Shown piece by piece: positions 60,925 through 64,000 of a stretch of DNA of 64,000 bases. The notes below the pieces were generated by a model. It had not been told where the DNA came from and made no database searches. It saw nothing but the letters and a program-made list of their open reading frames with translations. The stretch is taken from positions 22,001 to 86,000 of the IMG/VR virus record IMGVR_UViG_3300026478_000749; one strand, given 5' to 3'. The stretch's first letter is position 1. Every line of letters starts with the position of its first letter. The translations under genes and the position numbers were made by a program. The DNA is from a virus.

Positions 60925-61590
60925 ATGATTACAAAAGATTTTAGTCTTTATGCGAAAGACAGAGGTATTGGTTCATTAGATTTACATCGTTTTAACAAAA
61001 ACATTGAAAATAGTTTGACACCATATATTCTTGAGGAGAGATCCCTTAATGTTACTGTGATGGATGTATTCAGTAGACTTATGATGGAAAGAATCATTTG
61101 GGTTGCGGGTGAAGTGAATGATCATATGTCAACAATTGTTCAAGCACAGTTAATGTTTTTGGATAGCTTAGACAATAACGATATTACAATGCACATCGAC
61201 AGTCCAGGTGGATCTGTTAAATCTGGTTTATCAATGGTTGATGTTATGGAATATATTAATTCAGATATCAGAACAATTAACACTGGAATGGCTGCATCTA
61301 TGGGATCAATCCTTTTAGGTGCTGGTACAAAAGGTAAAAGAGGGTCACTTAGATTTTCACGTACAATGCTGCACCAGTCCAGCGGAGGATTTCACGGAAA
61401 TATCCAAGATGCTAAAATCGATATGCTTGAGTGGGAAAAACTTAATAACTTACTTTTTGATTTGTTAGGAGGATATTGTGGTAAAGACGCAAAACAAGTA
61501 ATGCAAGACGCATCAAGAGATTTATGGTTATCTGCTGAAGACGCATTGGCTTATGGTATTATTGACGAAATAGTCAAAAAGAAAAAATAA
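60925..61590 (+). CDS. clpP: ClpP protease proteolytic subunit
   Basis: DVFSRLMMERII, AQLMFLDS, IDSPGGSV, GMAASMG (catalytic Ser), MLHQ (His), RDLWLSAEDALAYGIID. Confidence 0.95.
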   Translation: MITKDFSLYAKDRGIGSLDLHRFNKNIENSLTPYILEERSLNVTVMDVFSRLMMERIIWVAGEVNDHMSTIVQAQLMFLDSLDNNDITMHIDSPGGSVKSGLSMVDVMEYINSDIRTINTGMAASMGSILLGAGTKGKRGSLRFSRTMLHQSSGGFHGNIQDAKIDMLEWEKLNNLLFDLLGGYCGKDAKQVMQDASRDLWLSAEDALAYGIIDEIVKKKK

Positions 61591-61607
61591 ATTAGTGGTT
61601 AGTGTTT

Positions 61608-61639
61608 AAAGGGGGAAGTTTTTAACTTCCCTTTTTTTT
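61608..61639 (+). terminator. Rho-independent terminator after clpP
   Basis: GGGAAGTT / AACTTCCC stem followed by T8. Confidence 0.85.
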
Positions 61640-61756
61640 ATTTTTTCATTATACTTATTATTAGACCTTGTGGTTGAATCGGAAGTGTCCTTGTGACATT
61701 TGAGTTGGAATCGATACCAACGAATTCGGGTTCAAATACAAAAAAATATAAGGAAA

Positions 61757-62590
61757 ATGAACAGAAGAATTTCAGTTAACACTGGTCTTGCTGTACCACA
61801 ATCTTTCATTACCAAAGGTAAACAAAGATTAAAACAGCACGTAGACACCGTATATCTTAACAACGGTGACGAGTTCGAAATCGAACTTTACAATCCCACA
61901 CAAAATAAAGTTTTAGCAAAAATCGAATTGAATGGTAATTCAATAGGATCTGGTATTATTCTTCGTCCAGGCGAAAGAGTGTTCCTAGAAAGATATTTGA
62001 ATGAAGCCAAAAAGTTTTTGTTTGAAACTTATACTGTAAATGGGAATAATGAGGAAGTACAAAGAGCTATTGCAGAAAATGGTGATGTTACCGTTAAATT
62101 TTATAACGAAACAACACCAATTTATGGAACATATGGGACAGGTAGTACTTTAACAATTAACAATCCAAATTGGAATTGGAGCTCAACAACAAATAATCCA
62201 TTTACTTACACAACACATAATACGTTAGGAGTGAGTAATTTTAATCCTCCAGGAACAAATGCATATTATACTAACACTTCATTAACAAGTGGAACATCCA
62301 GCACCTCAACTTTTAGCACTTCAAACACGCTTCTTAAAAGTAATTCAACAAGTCCTTTAAGAAGTCTTGAAACAGGAAGGGTGGAAAAAGGGTCAAATTC
62401 GGATCAATCATTTACATATGATAATTCGTCATTTTACACCTCCCCATTCCATACAAATTGGTGGAAATTAAAGCCACAGTCTACTAAACCATTAGTTGCT
62501 GAGGATTTAGCCGTTTATTGCACAGAGTGTGGTGCAAAACGTAAAAAAGATAATCATAAGTTCTGTCCACACTGCGGAACAAAATATTAA
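61757..62590 (+). CDS. Hypothetical protein with an N-terminal beta domain, low-complexity linker and C-terminal zinc ribbon
   Basis: Start moved to ATG 61757 (preceded by AAGGAAA). Contains YLNNGDEFEIELYNP and C-terminal CTECG...FCPHCG. Confidence 0.75.
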   Translation: MNRRISVNTGLAVPQSFITKGKQRLKQHVDTVYLNNGDEFEIELYNPTQNKVLAKIELNGNSIGSGIILRPGERVFLERYLNEAKKFLFETYTVNGNNEEVQRAIAENGDVTVKFYNETTPIYGTYGTGSTLTINNPNWNWSSTTNNPFTYTTHNTLGVSNFNPPGTNAYYTNTSLTSGTSSTSTFSTSNTLLKSNSTSPLRSLETGRVEKGSNSDQSFTYDNSSFYTSPFHTNWWKLKPQSTKPLVAEDLAVYCTECGAKRKKDNHKFCPHCGTKY

Positions 62591-62616
62591 ATAAACTAAT
62601 CACAAGGTCTTACTTT

Positions 62617-62639
62617 GAGGTCGCTTTTGCGACCTCTTT
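62617..62639 (+). terminator. Terminator-like hairpin
   Basis: GAGGTCGC-TTTT-GCGACCTC followed by TTT. Confidence 0.75.
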
Positions 62640-62663
62640 GTATTTATATGAAAAAGGATTTTT

Positions 62664-63008
62664 ATGAAAATAAACAAGCAAAACATTTTACTAGGTATTA
62701 TAGCTTGTTTGGCAGCTTATAGCATTTTTCAGGGACATGGTATCAAAACCGACGTTGCTGGCTACAATGCTAAAATAGATTCAATCCAAAATGAAATTGA
62801 TTCTATACAAGATGTCAATACGGCTCTAACTCAGCAAATTTTAACTATCGATAAGGAAATCGATAATATTGATGGCGACATCAATAGCGTTACTAAAAAC
62901 ATAACTATTATTAAAAAGCAAACCGATGAAAAAATTGATTCTGTTAACAACTATAATTTTTCTGACCTCGAAAAGTTTTTCACAGACCGTTACAATAACA
63001 AAAATTGA
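62664..63008 (+). CDS. Membrane-anchored coiled-coil protein (i-spanin-like)
   Basis: N-terminal TM segment followed by a long heptad coiled coil; TATTTATA at 62641. Confidence 0.55.
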   Translation: MKINKQNILLGIIACLAAYSIFQGHGIKTDVAGYNAKIDSIQNEIDSIQDVNTALTQQILTIDKEIDNIDGDINSVTKNITIIKKQTDEKIDSVNNYNFSDLEKFFTDRYNNKN

Positions 63009-63342
63009 TACAATAGTACCGTTAAAAGTACCAGTTGCTAAATTGGTTATTAAAGATCTTATTAGTGGGGACGGTGCAAAAGCTGAGGTTATAGATTTGA
63101 ATAAAGTTATTGGTCTAAAAGACGATCAGATCAAACTTTTCAAAGAAAAAGACACACTTAAAGACCAAAAAATCTCTAACCTAGAATTGATCATTAGTAA
63201 AAAAGATGAGCAATTTAATTTAGAAAGACAAAAATCAGAAAGTTTATTAAAAGAACTTAAAGGACAAAGAAGAAAGACCTTTTTATATAAAGTAGGATCT
63301 TTTGTTGGGGTTATAGCCACATCAATGCTATTGTTAAAATAA
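62926..63342 (+). CDS. Secreted coiled-coil protein with a C-terminal hydrophobic anchor (spanin-like partner)
   Basis: Signal peptide MKKLILLTTIIFLTSKSFSQ; overlaps the upstream gene by 83 nt in another frame; C-terminal VGSFVGVIATSMLLL. Confidence 0.5.
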   Translation: MKKLILLTTIIFLTSKSFSQTVTITKIDTIVPLKVPVAKLVIKDLISGDGAKAEVIDLNKVIGLKDDQIKLFKEKDTLKDQKISNLELIISKKDEQFNLERQKSESLLKELKGQRRKTFLYKVGSFVGVIATSMLLLK

Positions 63343-63343
63343 A

Positions 63344-63985
63344 ATGAAGAAAATTTTTGATATTAGACACATAGTAATAGTATTACTAATATTATTAGCC
63401 CTCCTGGAATTCATAAATCCTGGAGGGTTTATGCCCAATAGGGTTATCAAAACGGTACAGACAGACTCTATACCATATGCAGTACATGATACTATTCCTT
63501 ACGAAACAGAAGTAGAGGTTGAAGTACCAGTACCATATGAAGTTCAAGTTGTTGTTCACGACACAGTTCTAACACCTGTAGATACCGCAGCAATCCTTAA
63601 GGATTTTTACGTAAAAAATGAGGTTAAAGAAACCTTAACACTACCTAATGGATTGGGTACCATAGCATTAAATGAAACAATCAGTCAAAATAAAGTTTTG
63701 TCTAGATCTTTTGATGCAAAAGTTAAACAAAAAGTAGTTAAAGATACAATTTACACCCCAGAACCAAAGAAAACACAACTATTCTTTGGGTTTGATGCCA
63801 ATTTTGACAAACCAAATGTGGTTAGGCTTATGGGTTTAGGGTTGATTTTAAAAGATAAAAGCGATAGATTATACAAGGTGTCGACTGGCGTTAACAATAC
63901 GGTTGTAAACGGATTAAGTGGCGAATTCCAACCATATATCGGTGGTGGTGTATATTGGAAAATAAATCTAAAGAAAAAGAAATAG
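63344..63985 (+). CDS. Envelope protein with an N-terminal TM segment and C-terminal amphipathic beta strands (unimolecular spanin-like)
   Basis: IVIVLLILLALL TM segment, an extended V/E/P linker, and C-terminal YIGGGVYWKI resembling an outer-membrane beta-signal. Confidence 0.45.
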   Translation: MKKIFDIRHIVIVLLILLALLEFINPGGFMPNRVIKTVQTDSIPYAVHDTIPYETEVEVEVPVPYEVQVVVHDTVLTPVDTAAILKDFYVKNEVKETLTLPNGLGTIALNETISQNKVLSRSFDAKVKQKVVKDTIYTPEPKKTQLFFGFDANFDKPNVVRLMGLGLILKDKSDRLYKVSTGVNNTVVNGLSGEFQPYIGGGVYWKINLKKKK

Positions 63986-64000
63986 TTTTATTTCTTTTTT

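Noticed and set aside
61663-62610. Insertion sequence with terminal inverted repeats
   Set aside because: The enclosed protein has no transposase motifs and no target-site duplication is evident; RNA pairing is the better explanation.
1306-63320. Minus-strand ORFs and short nested plus-strand ORFs in the track
   Set aside because: They lie inside well-supported + strand genes and are mostly antisense shadows of biased or repetitive codons, such as the V/G-rich mirrors of Thr-Pro tracts.
1-64000. Alternative genetic code (stop-codon reassignment)
   Set aside because: Very long ORFs are intact under the standard code, and TAG (4596) and TGA (18853) end genes at sensible positions.

Overview
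This is a 64 kb segment of a large, AT-rich myovirus (contractile-tail, T4-like/jumbo-type phage); every credible gene is on the + strand. Gene order: tail sheath (5'-truncated), tube, tail chaperone with a probable frameshift extension, tape measure, and two giant baseplate hub proteins; then a replication/nucleotide block (Dps-like, gp32-like SSB, RecA/UvsX, 5'-3' exonuclease, DnaB-like helicase, NrdB, NrdA); then baseplate wedge genes and a ~25 kb block of large fibre/adhesin proteins (Thr-Pro linkers, C1q-like, vWA-like, 6 cadherin and 10 SprB-like repeats); then RuvC, primase, PD-(D/E)xK nuclease, Mre11/Rad50-like pair, ClpP, a Zn-ribbon protein and three envelope (lysis-like) genes. A Bacteroidota host is inferred from TTG-N20-TAnnTTT promoters, the general lack of Shine-Dalgarno sites, SprB repeats and D-S/T-hydrophobic sequons. 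The most interesting signals are: (1) a strongly enriched [S/T]-G-x-T motif in outer virion proteins, a candidate modification sequon; (2) a modular adhesin array built from shared N-terminal anchor domains and repeated single-Cys beta-strand modules; (3) a near-perfect bacterial parS site close to a repeat array with an antisense promoter, a candidate origin; (4) a +1/-2 frameshift in the tail chaperone; (5) several structured RNA candidates, including a gene whose 5' and 3' UTRs can pair. All product calls come from motif recognition by eye; no database searches were run.
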